From an uncultured Planctomycetia bacterium (GTDB lineage: Bacteria; Omnitrophota; Gorgyraeia; Duberdicusellales; Duberdicusellaceae), in contig CAZWJT010000007.1 of assembly GCA_964634935.1 (NCBI GenBank), positions 77,808 through 141,807 of the forward strand: a stretch of DNA of 64,000 nt. Direction: 5' to 3'. Of this stretch, positions 38,670 through 47,876 are shown piece by piece. Both the position numbers and the translations under genes were made by a program. The notes beneath the pieces are model-generated. The model did no database searches. It was not told the origin of the DNA and saw only the letters and a program-made list of their open reading frames with translations. The stretch's first letter is position 1; the number at the start of each line of letters is the position of its first letter.

Positions 38670-39866
38670 ATGGCATTTTATATTTATGAAGGAACGAACG
38701 CTCAGGGTAAGAAAGTAACCGGACGCATTGAAGCTTCCTCTGAACAGGAGGTCATTAATAAACTGCGTACGGAAAATGTTGCGATTCTTGATGTAAAAGA
38801 AGCGCGCACAACGAAATCTTCTGGTAAAGTTGGGATTAATGATCTTGTTGTTTTCTCGCGCCAATTTTCTTCGCTTATTTCCGCTGGTATTCCGCTTGTC
38901 CGGGGGCTTACTATTCTTGTTGAACAGGTGGAAAACAAGGCCCTCAAAGATATAATCCTTGCCATCAGCAAGAATGTCGAAGCCGGCGGTTCTTTAGCGG
39001 AAGCTTTGGCGAAATATCCGAATGTGTTTTCCCCGTTATTCATTAATATGGTTAATGTTGGTGAATTTAGCGGGAGTTTAGATGTTATGTTGGAGCGGCT
39101 CGCGATGTATCTTGAGTCTTACAGTAAGCTGGTTAAGAAGGTCCAAGGTGCTATGATGTACCCAATCGGCATCGTCATTATCGCAACCTTGGTCGTTTCG
39201 GTGATTATGATCTTTGTTGTACCGGGATTTACGAAAATTTTTGAGACTTTAGGAGGAGATCTTCCTCTGCCGACCCAGCTTCTGGTGAATTTCAGCGATT
39301 TTTTGCGTTCTTATTTTTTGTTTATTTTGTTGGGTCTTGGTGGCGCTGGTTTTGGTTTAGGCAAGTTCATTAAAACTCCAAAAGGGGTAGAGATCGGCGA
39401 AAAAATTAGAAGCAAGGCGCCGATTATCGGACCTCTCTATACAAAGATGGTTCTCGCCCGTTTTACTAAGACTCTCTCAACGCTTGTGAAAAGCGGAGTT
39501 CCCATCTTAAATGCTCTTGGTATTTCGGGGAAAACCTCAGGAAGCACAAAATTTGCTGTTGTTGTTGATAAGATTAAGGAAGAAGTTTCTCGTGGTAAGC
39601 GTATTGGGGATAGCATGAAAGAGGCAAAAATATTTCCGAATATGGTAGTCAGTATGATTGGGGTAGGCGAAGAAGGTGGTGATTTATCGGGCATGCTTGA
39701 GAAAGTTTCGGAAATATACGAGACAGACGTTGATAATGCCATTTCCAGCTTAATGTCGCTCCTTGAGCCCTTGATTATCGTTTTTCTTGGAGTAATTATC
39801 GGGGGTATTGTTGTGGCATTGTTTCTGCCTATACTTAAGATGCCCACTCTTTTACAACAGTCATAA
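38670..39866 (+). CDS. pilC: type II secretion system F-family platform protein (PilC/GspF)
   Basis: There are two T2SSF repeats and three TM segments. The N-terminus 'MAFYIYEGTNAQGKKVTG' is typical. Confidence 0.8.
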   Translation: MAFYIYEGTNAQGKKVTGRIEASSEQEVINKLRTENVAILDVKEARTTKSSGKVGINDLVVFSRQFSSLISAGIPLVRGLTILVEQVENKALKDIILAISKNVEAGGSLAEALAKYPNVFSPLFINMVNVGEFSGSLDVMLERLAMYLESYSKLVKKVQGAMMYPIGIVIIATLVVSVIMIFVVPGFTKIFETLGGDLPLPTQLLVNFSDFLRSYFLFILLGLGGAGFGLGKFIKTPKGVEIGEKIRSKAPIIGPLYTKMVLARFTKTLSTLVKSGVPILNALGISGKTSGSTKFAVVVDKIKEEVSRGKRIGDSMKEAKIFPNMVVSMIGVGEEGGDLSGMLEKVSEIYETDVDNAISSLMSLLEPLIIVFLGVIIGGIVVALFLPILKMPTLLQQS

Positions 39867-39907
39867 GGATACCATAGTGCGGAATATTAAAATTTTCCTA
39901 AAAAAGC

Positions 39908-39936
39908 TTGACAGGATTGGTATTTTTTGATAAATA
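39908..39936 (+). promoter_or_regulatory. candidate promoter TTGACA-17-TAAATA
   Basis: The -35 is a perfect consensus. It lies about 220 nt upstream of the OMP gene. The leader contains a 15-codon mini-ORF (40022..40069) behind a strong SD. Confidence 0.3.
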
Positions 39937-40153
39937 CTATATGTAACTGTTTTCAGGTTCTTTGAAACTATTTTTCTAGTTATACTGTTGCAGATAATTC
40001 TAAACAGGCGAAGGGGGAGGTGATGGACGATTTGGCCGAAGAATTATCAACGAATGCAGCAGAATAACTTCGATTTGGTATAACACCAAGGAATAATAAC
40101 CTTGAACTATATATTTTTTTATTCTTTTTTAGTGGCATGAAAGGAGGAAAGAG

Positions 40154-41467
40154 ATGAAAAAGCTAATATTAGCTTTAATTCTTACACTTGCTATCTCTGG
40201 ACTCGCAGTTGCCGCCGTGAATAATATTAAAGTAAGCGGTGACATCACTGCGCAGGCAATTACTCGCGATTTATCTTTAGGCGAAAATAGCATTGCTGCA
40301 AAAGATTCAGAAGATTTCTTGCTTTCTCAGGTTCGTCTGCGTTTTGACGCTGATTTATCTGAGAATGTTGCGGCAGTAGTTCAGCTCATCAATGAAAGAG
40401 TTTGGGGTGATGAAGGTTCTACTGACACCGACATTGATCTTGATCTTGCCTATGTTACCATGAAGGAATTTATCTATGCTCCGTTGACGCTTACTGTTGG
40501 ACGTCAGAATCTTCGCTTTGGAAAAGGCTTAATCGTTGGCGATCCTGACACAGACAATAACGTTGCTGCTACGGGGTCTAACTTATCGAACATCGCAGAT
40601 GATTTATCTCTGCGCAAGGCATTTGACGCAATTCGCAGCACATTAGAGTACACGCTTGCTGACAAACCGCTCATATTGGACATCATCTATGCAAAGGTAG
40701 AAGAGAATAATACTGATCAGGAAGACGATGTTACTCTTTGGGGTGGCAACGCGAATTACAAGTTAAGCGACAAGGTTACTGGCGAGATGTATTTCTTTGC
40801 CAAAGACCAGGACAGAGTGCTTGTAACTGAAGACGAAAACGACGTTGTGTACGCTATTGGTTTACGTGGCGATATTCAGGCAACAGAAAAGTTAGGCATC
40901 TATGGTGAATATGCTCGTCAGTTTGGTGATCGGGCAGAAGCCGCAACAAATCACAGCCATGTTGAAGCATTCGCAGTACAAGTTGGTGGCGACTATAAAT
41001 TTATGGACGAAAAGAACTCACTTATGGGTTTAAGCTACACCTATCTTTCTGGCGATAAGGACACGGGAGACAATTCCTACAAGGCTTGGAATCCTATGTT
41101 TGAAGACCAGAGAGTTGGCGAAATCGCCAATATTCTTTTCGACAACACCAATATGTGGTATATCAAGTTGAATGCATCAACGATGCCACGCGAAGACATT
41201 ACCGCAGGTTTAGACATTTATTATCTGAAACTTGCTCAGCTTGATTCTGACGCATTGTCAGGTAATGGAATTATCACTGTTGGCAATGAGCAGGAATTTG
41301 GCAACAAAGAGCTTGGTTGGGAATTTGATGCATCATTGAAGTATGACTATACTGAGGATGTGCAGCTTGGCTTAATCGGCGGCTGGTTCGTTCCAGGAAG
41401 TCATTTTGCTGACAGCAACGACAATACCGCTTATTCTATCCGCGGTACTTGCAGCGTAAACTTCTAA
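40154..41467 (+). CDS. putative outer-membrane beta-barrel protein (porin/alginate-export-like)
   Basis: A signal peptide is followed by D/G/T-rich alternating amphipathic strands. The C-terminal Phe ('...CSVNF') is typical of OMPs. Confidence 0.45.
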   Translation: MKKLILALILTLAISGLAVAAVNNIKVSGDITAQAITRDLSLGENSIAAKDSEDFLLSQVRLRFDADLSENVAAVVQLINERVWGDEGSTDTDIDLDLAYVTMKEFIYAPLTLTVGRQNLRFGKGLIVGDPDTDNNVAATGSNLSNIADDLSLRKAFDAIRSTLEYTLADKPLILDIIYAKVEENNTDQEDDVTLWGGNANYKLSDKVTGEMYFFAKDQDRVLVTEDENDVVYAIGLRGDIQATEKLGIYGEYARQFGDRAEAATNHSHVEAFAVQVGGDYKFMDEKNSLMGLSYTYLSGDKDTGDNSYKAWNPMFEDQRVGEIANILFDNTNMWYIKLNASTMPREDITAGLDIYYLKLAQLDSDALSGNGIITVGNEQEFGNKELGWEFDASLKYDYTEDVQLGLIGGWFVPGSHFADSNDNTAYSIRGTCSVNF

Positions 41468-41483
41468 TCTAGTTTGTCCATTC

Positions 41484-41517
41484 GCCCCGCACTGTCATGG
41501 TGCGGGGCTTTTTTTTT
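41484..41517 (+). terminator. Rho-independent terminator
   Basis: The hairpin GCCCCGCAC-tgtcatg-GTGCGGGGC is followed by T10. Confidence 0.65.
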
Positions 41518-41564
41518 GGGAAATCTTCTGGAAGCGCACTGTATTGAAGCGTGAAAAAAATTAC

Positions 41565-41592
41565 TTGCTTTTTATCCTTTTTATGCTAATAT
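41565..41592 (+). promoter_or_regulatory. candidate promoter TTGCTT-16-TAATAT upstream of rplU
   Basis: The -10 ends about 10 nt before the rplU ATG and there is no SD. This would give a leaderless or near-leaderless transcript. Confidence 0.3.
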
Positions 41593-41602
41593 CGTTTCCA
41601 TT

Positions 41603-41908
41603 ATGTGGGCACTTATTCAAATAGGTTCAAAACAGTACAAAGTTTCGGAAGGCGATGTTATTGAAACCGAACGGCTCATTCCTGGGGCGTATGAGACGAA
41701 AAATATCCTTGCCTTGGTCGATAGCGATTCGGTTTCCATAGGAACTCCCTATGTTAAAGGTGCATCAGTACGCGGCGAGGTGGTTGAAGAAATCAAAGCG
41801 CCTAAGGTGATAATCTTTAAATATAAGCGGCGCAAGTCCTATAAGCGTATGCGCGGGCATCGTCAAATAAAATCACACCTCAAGATTCTTGCTGTTTCAA
41901 AATCCTAA
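41603..41908 (+). CDS. rplU: 50S ribosomal protein L21
   Basis: 'ALIQIGSKQYKVSEGDVI' is the L21 signature. The protein is about 101 aa. Confidence 0.85.
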   Translation: MWALIQIGSKQYKVSEGDVIETERLIPGAYETKNILALVDSDSVSIGTPYVKGASVRGEVVEEIKAPKVIIFKYKRRKSYKRMRGHRQIKSHLKILAVSKS

Positions 41909-41923
41909 CCTAACCCGACGAAC

Positions 41924-42853
41924 TTGTTTGTTGATGGAGCTTGTATACGGGTAACAGCAGGGCGGGGCGGTGACGGATCGAACAGCATTAAACGATTCTC
42001 ACCAATAAAATTCATGTTCTATGGTGGTTCCGGTGGCCGGGGTGGTGATGTTGTGCTCTGTGCGAGCGATGACGTTATTGATCTTGCCGAATTTTCTGCA
42101 AAGAAAGAATTCCGAGCTCAATCCGGGGCAAATGGCTTGGATAACAACAAGACAGGACGGGATGCCTCAGCATTAATCCTCAAGCTTCCCACGGGAACGA
42201 TTGTACATAGTTCTGACGGTATCTTTTTGGCCGATCTTTTTCCTAAAGAAACGGAGTTTATTCTTTGTCGGGGAGGAGCTGGTGGCCGTGGTGGCTTGAA
42301 GCGAAGAAAAGCCCAAAATGGATTTTCAGGCGAAGAAAGAGAAATTCTTCTTGATTTACGGCTTGCGTGTGATGTCGCTGTTGTTGGTTTTACAAATTGC
42401 GGAAAATCTTCGCTGCTTGAAAGAGTTTCGCATAAGACACCAACGAAGATTTCTCCATATCCTTTTACCACGCTTGTTCCAGTTCTCGGTCGAGTCATCC
42501 AGGACTACAAAGCCTTTACAATTCTTGAGCTTCCTGCTATCATAAGAAAAAATCAGAATAAGCCTTTGCTCGGCGAGAATTTTCTTAAACATCTTTTCCG
42601 TGCCCGGCTGATTCTTCTATTGCTTGATGCAGAAAGTGAGTCGCTCAACGATGATTTTGACTGGATTATGAAGGTTCTTGACGAAAAAAAAGATAGCTAC
42701 TTCAATAATCAGAAGATGGGAGTTCTTATCAACAAAGTTGACGGAAGGAAGAAGCCGGTTTTTTCAAGAGCGCCTTTTCTAAGTCTTTCCTGTCAGAGCG
42801 GATTTGGTGTTCAGGAGGTAGTTAGCTACTGTTTCCAGGAGCTTGAAGTATAG
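41924..42853 (+). CDS. obg: GTPase Obg
   Basis: The Obg-fold Gly-rich N-terminus contains 'GGSGGRGG'. The G1 motif is 'GFTNCGKSSLL'. Confidence 0.8.
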   Translation: MFVDGACIRVTAGRGGDGSNSIKRFSPIKFMFYGGSGGRGGDVVLCASDDVIDLAEFSAKKEFRAQSGANGLDNNKTGRDASALILKLPTGTIVHSSDGIFLADLFPKETEFILCRGGAGGRGGLKRRKAQNGFSGEEREILLDLRLACDVAVVGFTNCGKSSLLERVSHKTPTKISPYPFTTLVPVLGRVIQDYKAFTILELPAIIRKNQNKPLLGENFLKHLFRARLILLLLDAESESLNDDFDWIMKVLDEKKDSYFNNQKMGVLINKVDGRKKPVFSRAPFLSLSCQSGFGVQEVVSYCFQELEV

Positions 42854-42856
42854 CGG

Positions 42857-43909
42857 ATGAATACGAAGAAAAAACTCGTCATAAAGGTTGGTTCAAGCGT
42901 ACTAGCTCCCGGCGGGTATCTTGATTGCGAAATTTTGCGGCGGATATGCCAGCAGATTGCCTATGCGCGTAAACACGGTTGGAATGTTTGTCTTGTTACT
43001 TCTGGCGCAATTGCCTCAGGGGTGAAGCATCTTAAGTTTTCCGTCTACCCGAAAAAATTATTTGAACTTCAGGCTTCCGCTGCAGTTGGCCAAGGGATAC
43101 TTATGGCTCAATATTCCAAAGTTTTCTCAGATTTAAAACTTACCTGTGCCCAAATTCTTCTTACCTGGGATGATTTTCAGGAGCGGAAACGGTATGTGAG
43201 TGCCCGGCGAACACTTATCACTCTGCTTGAGCGAAGAGTTGTTCCCATTATTAACGAAAATGATACTATCGCTACCGATGAGATAAAATTTGGGGATAAC
43301 GACAGACTTTCCGCGCTTGTCGCAGGTTTGGTTGATGCTGAAATATTGATTATTCTTTCAGATGTTGAAGGGGTTTATGCTGAAAAAGGTCTTATCAAGG
43401 AAGTTCAGGATGGCGCATGTGAAGTTGCTGATTTCTCAAGGAAACAGTCTTTGTTTACCCGAGGAGGGATGGGATTGAAGGTTGAAGCTTGCAGGCTTGC
43501 TGTTTCTTCCGGGGTGAAGGTATATATCGCTTCCGGCGCTCAGAAGAATCCTATAATCGATATCCTCAATGGAGAGAATCCAGGAACAGTCTTTTATCCA
43601 TTGAAAAAGATTCCTGCGCGCAAGCGATGGATTGCTTTTGGGAGTCGTCCCCGCGGTAAGATCATTATCGATGAAGGAGCAAAGAGCGCTTTGTTATTTC
43701 GGAGTGGAAGCTTGCTGTCTGTTGGAATACGAGAAATCAAGGGTGACTTTCATGAGAAAGAGCCGGTTCTTCTTCAGGATATGCAGTCGTGCGATATCGG
43801 CGTTGGTCTTGTTTCATATTCTTCAGAAGTACTTCGCAGACATCTTGGTAAGAGTCTTCCCCGGGAAGTGGTGCATAGGGATAATATAGTATTTTTATCG
43901 AAAAAATAA
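42857..43909 (+). CDS. proB: glutamate 5-kinase
   Basis: 'LVIKVGSSVL' is the amino-acid-kinase N-terminus. A C-terminal PUA domain is present. Confidence 0.85.
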   Translation: MNTKKKLVIKVGSSVLAPGGYLDCEILRRICQQIAYARKHGWNVCLVTSGAIASGVKHLKFSVYPKKLFELQASAAVGQGILMAQYSKVFSDLKLTCAQILLTWDDFQERKRYVSARRTLITLLERRVVPIINENDTIATDEIKFGDNDRLSALVAGLVDAEILIILSDVEGVYAEKGLIKEVQDGACEVADFSRKQSLFTRGGMGLKVEACRLAVSSGVKVYIASGAQKNPIIDILNGENPGTVFYPLKKIPARKRWIAFGSRPRGKIIIDEGAKSALLFRSGSLLSVGIREIKGDFHEKEPVLLQDMQSCDIGVGLVSYSSEVLRRHLGKSLPREVVHRDNIVFLSKK

Positions 43910-43916
43910 GAACGCC

Positions 43917-45179
43917 GTGAACGAAAAGAACCCGAACGATCTTCTCCAGATTCTTCAATCTGCCAAGGAGGGGGCTTTTGAGTTTTCTGCAGTAACTCAA
44001 TTCCAGAAACAGGCAGTATTGAGAGAGATGGCGGATATGGTTGTAGCGGATAAAAAATTTATACTCAGCGAGAACCAGAAGGATATTGCTCAAGCGGAAG
44101 CTCAAGGCAAGCAAAAAAACTTTATTGAGCGTCTTACCCTTTCTTCAGGACGCATCGATGAAATGGCCAATTCTTTACGCGCAATTAGCGAACAGAAAGA
44201 TCCGATTGGTGAAGTTATTGGAGCATGGCAGCGTCCGAATGGCCTTGCGATACGGAAAGTACGGGTTGCGATTGGTGTAATTTTGATTATTTATGAGGCA
44301 CGCCCAAACGTTACCTCTGATTGTGTTGGGCTGTGCCTTTGGTCTTCAAATGTTTGCATTTTACGAGGTGGTAGTGACGCGATTCATTCAAATGGAGCGA
44401 TTTTTTCGCTTTTGAAAAAAGCGGCTCAGCGCCACGGTTTTGGAAAATATCTTTTTTTTATCGAAGACACTTCTCATCAGGCGGTGGAATACATTCTGCG
44501 AGAAGCAAAAAACTATATTGATTTAGTAATTCCTCGAGGAGGTGAATCATTGATTAAAGCCGTTGTAGAACTTTCTACGGCGCCCGTGATAAAGCATTAT
44601 AAGGGAGTTTGTCATATTTATGTCGATCGTTCCGCAGATCTTCAAAAAGCATTGGCAATATCGGTGAATGCCAAGGTTCAGCGTCCATCTGTATGTAATG
44701 CGGTTGAGAAAATCCTCGTGCACAAAGAATGCGCGCCGCTTTTCTTACCGCTCCTTTACAAAGAATATTCGCGCTACCATGTTCAAATGCGCGGCTGTCA
44801 GCGTAGTCGAGAAATTCTTCCGGACATCCAACCAGCCCATGAGGAAGATTGGTCTGCTGAGTACCTTGATCTCATTATTGCCTTTCGGGTAGTCGAGAAT
44901 ACCGATGAGGCAATTGCCCACATTAACCATTATGGCTCTGCGCATACAGATAGCATTATCACCGAAGATCCCGCTGAGGCCGATACATTTACCCAAAAAG
45001 TCGCCTCTGCGTGTGTTTTTGTGAATACTTCAACACGATTTAGTGACGGGGGTGAATTCGGGCTTGGAGCCGAAATTGGTATTTCTACCGATAAAATTCA
45101 CGCGCGTGGCCCGATGGGTAGTTATGAGCTTACTACGTATAAGTATATTGTTTCCAGTGATGGTAAGATACGCGTATAA
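43917..45179 (+). CDS. proA: glutamate-5-semialdehyde dehydrogenase
   Basis: It belongs to the ALDH superfamily. The ProA-typical N-terminus carries the catalytic Cys region 'HYKGVCH'. Confidence 0.85.
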   Translation: MNEKNPNDLLQILQSAKEGAFEFSAVTQFQKQAVLREMADMVVADKKFILSENQKDIAQAEAQGKQKNFIERLTLSSGRIDEMANSLRAISEQKDPIGEVIGAWQRPNGLAIRKVRVAIGVILIIYEARPNVTSDCVGLCLWSSNVCILRGGSDAIHSNGAIFSLLKKAAQRHGFGKYLFFIEDTSHQAVEYILREAKNYIDLVIPRGGESLIKAVVELSTAPVIKHYKGVCHIYVDRSADLQKALAISVNAKVQRPSVCNAVEKILVHKECAPLFLPLLYKEYSRYHVQMRGCQRSREILPDIQPAHEEDWSAEYLDLIIAFRVVENTDEAIAHINHYGSAHTDSIITEDPAEADTFTQKVASACVFVNTSTRFSDGGEFGLGAEIGISTDKIHARGPMGSYELTTYKYIVSSDGKIRV

Positions 45180-45184
45180 GATGT

Positions 45185-45799
45185 ATGGCGCAACATTTGC
45201 ATAGATGCAAAGGAAAGAGTGTTCGGGAAAAAATAGGCATCCTTGGTGGAACATTTAACCCTCCTCATCTCGGCCATCTTGCTCTTGCCGAATATGCTCA
45301 GAGTGCGTTGAAACTTGACCGGGTTGTCTTTGTGCCCTGTAATTTGCCGGCGCACAAGCAGAATGGGAATCTCGTCAGCGGTGCCCTTCGTTTTCTGATG
45401 TTGAAGGCAGCAATTCGGGGCAATGTCCGTTTTGAAGTTTCAGATGTTGAATTGAAGCGAAGAGGCATCTCATATACGATTGATACCGTCCGTTTTTTTA
45501 AGAGAAAAGTTCCTTATGGGAGCTTGTATCTTATTATTGGCTCCGACCTGGTTTCTGGGCTTGCAACCTGGAAAGAAATAGATCAATTACGGCAGCTGGT
45601 TACATTTGTGGTTGCGCAGAGAAATGGAGAGCGTATCCAGAAGGGGAACGGTTTCATTTTCTTGGATTTTCCGCATCTTGAGATTTCATCTTCCTTAATT
45701 CGTTTGTTAATCCGCAAAAGACAAGCCGTAAGATATCTTGTTGGCAGTGGGGTTTATTCGCTCATCAAAAGGCATAATTTGTATCTTCGTAAATCATAA
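45185..45799 (+). CDS. nadD: nicotinate-nucleotide adenylyltransferase
   Basis: 'GILGGTFNPPHLGHL' is the (H/T)xGH nucleotidyltransferase motif. Confidence 0.8.
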   Translation: MAQHLHRCKGKSVREKIGILGGTFNPPHLGHLALAEYAQSALKLDRVVFVPCNLPAHKQNGNLVSGALRFLMLKAAIRGNVRFEVSDVELKRRGISYTIDTVRFFKRKVPYGSLYLIIGSDLVSGLATWKEIDQLRQLVTFVVAQRNGERIQKGNGFIFLDFPHLEISSSLIRLLIRKRQAVRYLVGSGVYSLIKRHNLYLRKS

Positions 45800-45816
45800 G
45801 AAAGGAGAATTTTTCT

Positions 45817-47214
45817 ATGAAAGAGATCCATTTTGGGACTGACGGCTGGAGAGGAATCATCGCCAGGGATTTTACGTTTCAGAATGTGCGGATTCTTTCT
45901 CAGGCGGTATCCGATTATTGTCGTAAGCGTACTCCCGGGAAAAAGATTTCGATTTGTGTTGGATATGATGCTCGTTTTCTTTCGCGTGAGTTTGCTCAGG
46001 AAGTTTGTTGCGTCCTTGCGGCAAATGGTATTTCTGTCGTGCTTTCAAGCCGGGACGTTCCAACGCCTGCGGTAAGTTTTTTTGTTCAAAGGGAGAGATA
46101 TGATTTAGGGATTATGATTACCGCGTCGCATAACCCATATTATTTCAACGGGTTTAAGATCAAAAAGCCAAACGGTGGAGCAGCGGATAAGCAGATTACC
46201 GATGCCGTAGAGAGCTTGCTTGGCAAGACTCCGGTTGCGTTTATTGATTTCCCCAAAGCACTAGACGAGAAACGAGTTGTTCTGAAGGATATTACGCGTT
46301 GCTATGTTCAGTTTATCCGCCAGTATCTCCATCGGAGCATTGTCAAAAACCTGAAAGTTCATGTTTTAGTTGATGTTATGTATGGGTCGGGGAACGGCTA
46401 CCTAGAAGAAGTATTTGAAGGAACCGGAGTAAAATTTTCCTATCTCCGCAATGAATTTAACCCTTCATTCGGCGGGTGCAATCCGGAGCCAATCGAAAAA
46501 AATATAACTCAATTGATGCGCGCGATGAAAACAAAACGCTATGACATTGGTTTTGTTCTCGACGGTGATGCTGACCGGCTTGCTTCGGTTCTTCCGGGCG
46601 GACGATATGTCGGGGTGCAAACGATTTTGCCTCTTCTCGCATTTCACTTACGGAAAAACCGTGCCCTTGAAGGAGGGATTGTAAAAACGATCGTTGGAAG
46701 CAATCTCGTTGATGCGGTTGCCCAAGATCTTGGTTGTATTCTCTATGAAACACCAGTTGGTTTTAAGTATATCTCGTCACTTTTTGAAACAGAGAACGTT
46801 TTAATTGGCGGAGAAGAGGCAGGAGGGCTTGGCGTGCAAGGTTACATTCCTGAGCGCGATGGCACAATGTCATGCAGCCTTATTTTAGAAATGATGGGAT
46901 ATACCAAGAAATCTTATTTTCAGCTCATTGCGGAGCTTGATAAGAAATTTGGGCGCTGGTATTATCAGAGGATTTCTTTTCCTGTGACACCCGGAAGGAA
47001 TCCTCTTGCTAATCTGAAGATTCCTTCGCATCTTTTGGGTCGTGCAGTTTCTCGGGTGAATGATTTGGACGGGTTAAAGATTATGAGTGAAAAGAGCTGG
47101 CTTATGTTCCGTGCTTCAGGAACCGAGCCGATCGTTCGTATTTATTCAGAAGCATTGAGCCAGAAAGAAGCAAACCAATTGATTGAGCTTGGGAAAAAGA
47201 TGATTCATATCTAG
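45817..47214 (+). CDS. alpha-D-phosphohexomutase (phosphomannomutase/phosphoglucomutase)
   Basis: 'GTDGWRG' and the active-site 'TASHNP' are present. Confidence 0.75.
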   Translation: MKEIHFGTDGWRGIIARDFTFQNVRILSQAVSDYCRKRTPGKKISICVGYDARFLSREFAQEVCCVLAANGISVVLSSRDVPTPAVSFFVQRERYDLGIMITASHNPYYFNGFKIKKPNGGAADKQITDAVESLLGKTPVAFIDFPKALDEKRVVLKDITRCYVQFIRQYLHRSIVKNLKVHVLVDVMYGSGNGYLEEVFEGTGVKFSYLRNEFNPSFGGCNPEPIEKNITQLMRAMKTKRYDIGFVLDGDADRLASVLPGGRYVGVQTILPLLAFHLRKNRALEGGIVKTIVGSNLVDAVAQDLGCILYETPVGFKYISSLFETENVLIGGEEAGGLGVQGYIPERDGTMSCSLILEMMGYTKKSYFQLIAELDKKFGRWYYQRISFPVTPGRNPLANLKIPSHLLGRAVSRVNDLDGLKIMSEKSWLMFRASGTEPIVRIYSEALSQKEANQLIELGKKMIHI

Positions 47215-47223
47215 TAAGACTTT

Positions 47224-47838
47224 TTGGGTTTTATGTTTATTTTTGTTATTCGAAAATCAGCAAAAACCGCTCTTTCATTATTGCTCAGGTTTCATCTTGA
47301 AGGGCAAGAGAATGTTCCCAACCGAGGAGGCATAATGCTCGCATCGAATCACATGAGCTATCTTGACCCGGTTATTCTTGGTTCGATGGCTCCTCGGCAG
47401 CTTTGTTTTTTGGCAAAACAGGAATTATTTCGGAATATCTTTTTTGGTACGTTCCTCAAAAAACTAGATGTTTTTCCACTCAAGCGGAACTCGGCAGATT
47501 TTTCTGCTTTGCGTCTTGCCCAACGGTTGTTGCAAGCGGGAAAAGCTTTACTTTTGTTTCCCCAGGGCACGAGGATCCCGGTGCTTCAGAGGAGCGATTT
47601 TCAAAAAGGTGTTGGATTTCTTGCTCAGCGTATGCGTGTTCCAGTCGTTCCGGTGAGGATTTTTGGCACGGACATTGCCTTAAGTCCCGGATCAAAAAAG
47701 ATTACCCGGACTGATATCTCCGTTATTTTCGGTACGCCACTCTGGATAGGCGATGCAGAGACCCCAGAAAGCTTCACAAATCGTCTATTTGATGAAATTC
47801 AGAAATTATCATTGACAAAGAAAAGTTTTAAGAGATAA
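47224..47838 (+). CDS. plsC: 1-acyl-sn-glycerol-3-phosphate acyltransferase
   Basis: 'ASNHMSYLDP' is the HxxxxD motif. 'FPQGTR' is also present. Confidence 0.7.
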   Translation: MGFMFIFVIRKSAKTALSLLLRFHLEGQENVPNRGGIMLASNHMSYLDPVILGSMAPRQLCFLAKQELFRNIFFGTFLKKLDVFPLKRNSADFSALRLAQRLLQAGKALLLFPQGTRIPVLQRSDFQKGVGFLAQRMRVPVVPVRIFGTDIALSPGSKKITRTDISVIFGTPLWIGDAETPESFTNRLFDEIQKLSLTKKSFKR

Positions 47839-47876
47839 TAAAACACAAAAATTTATAAGAAGGAGTGTGTACGAAC

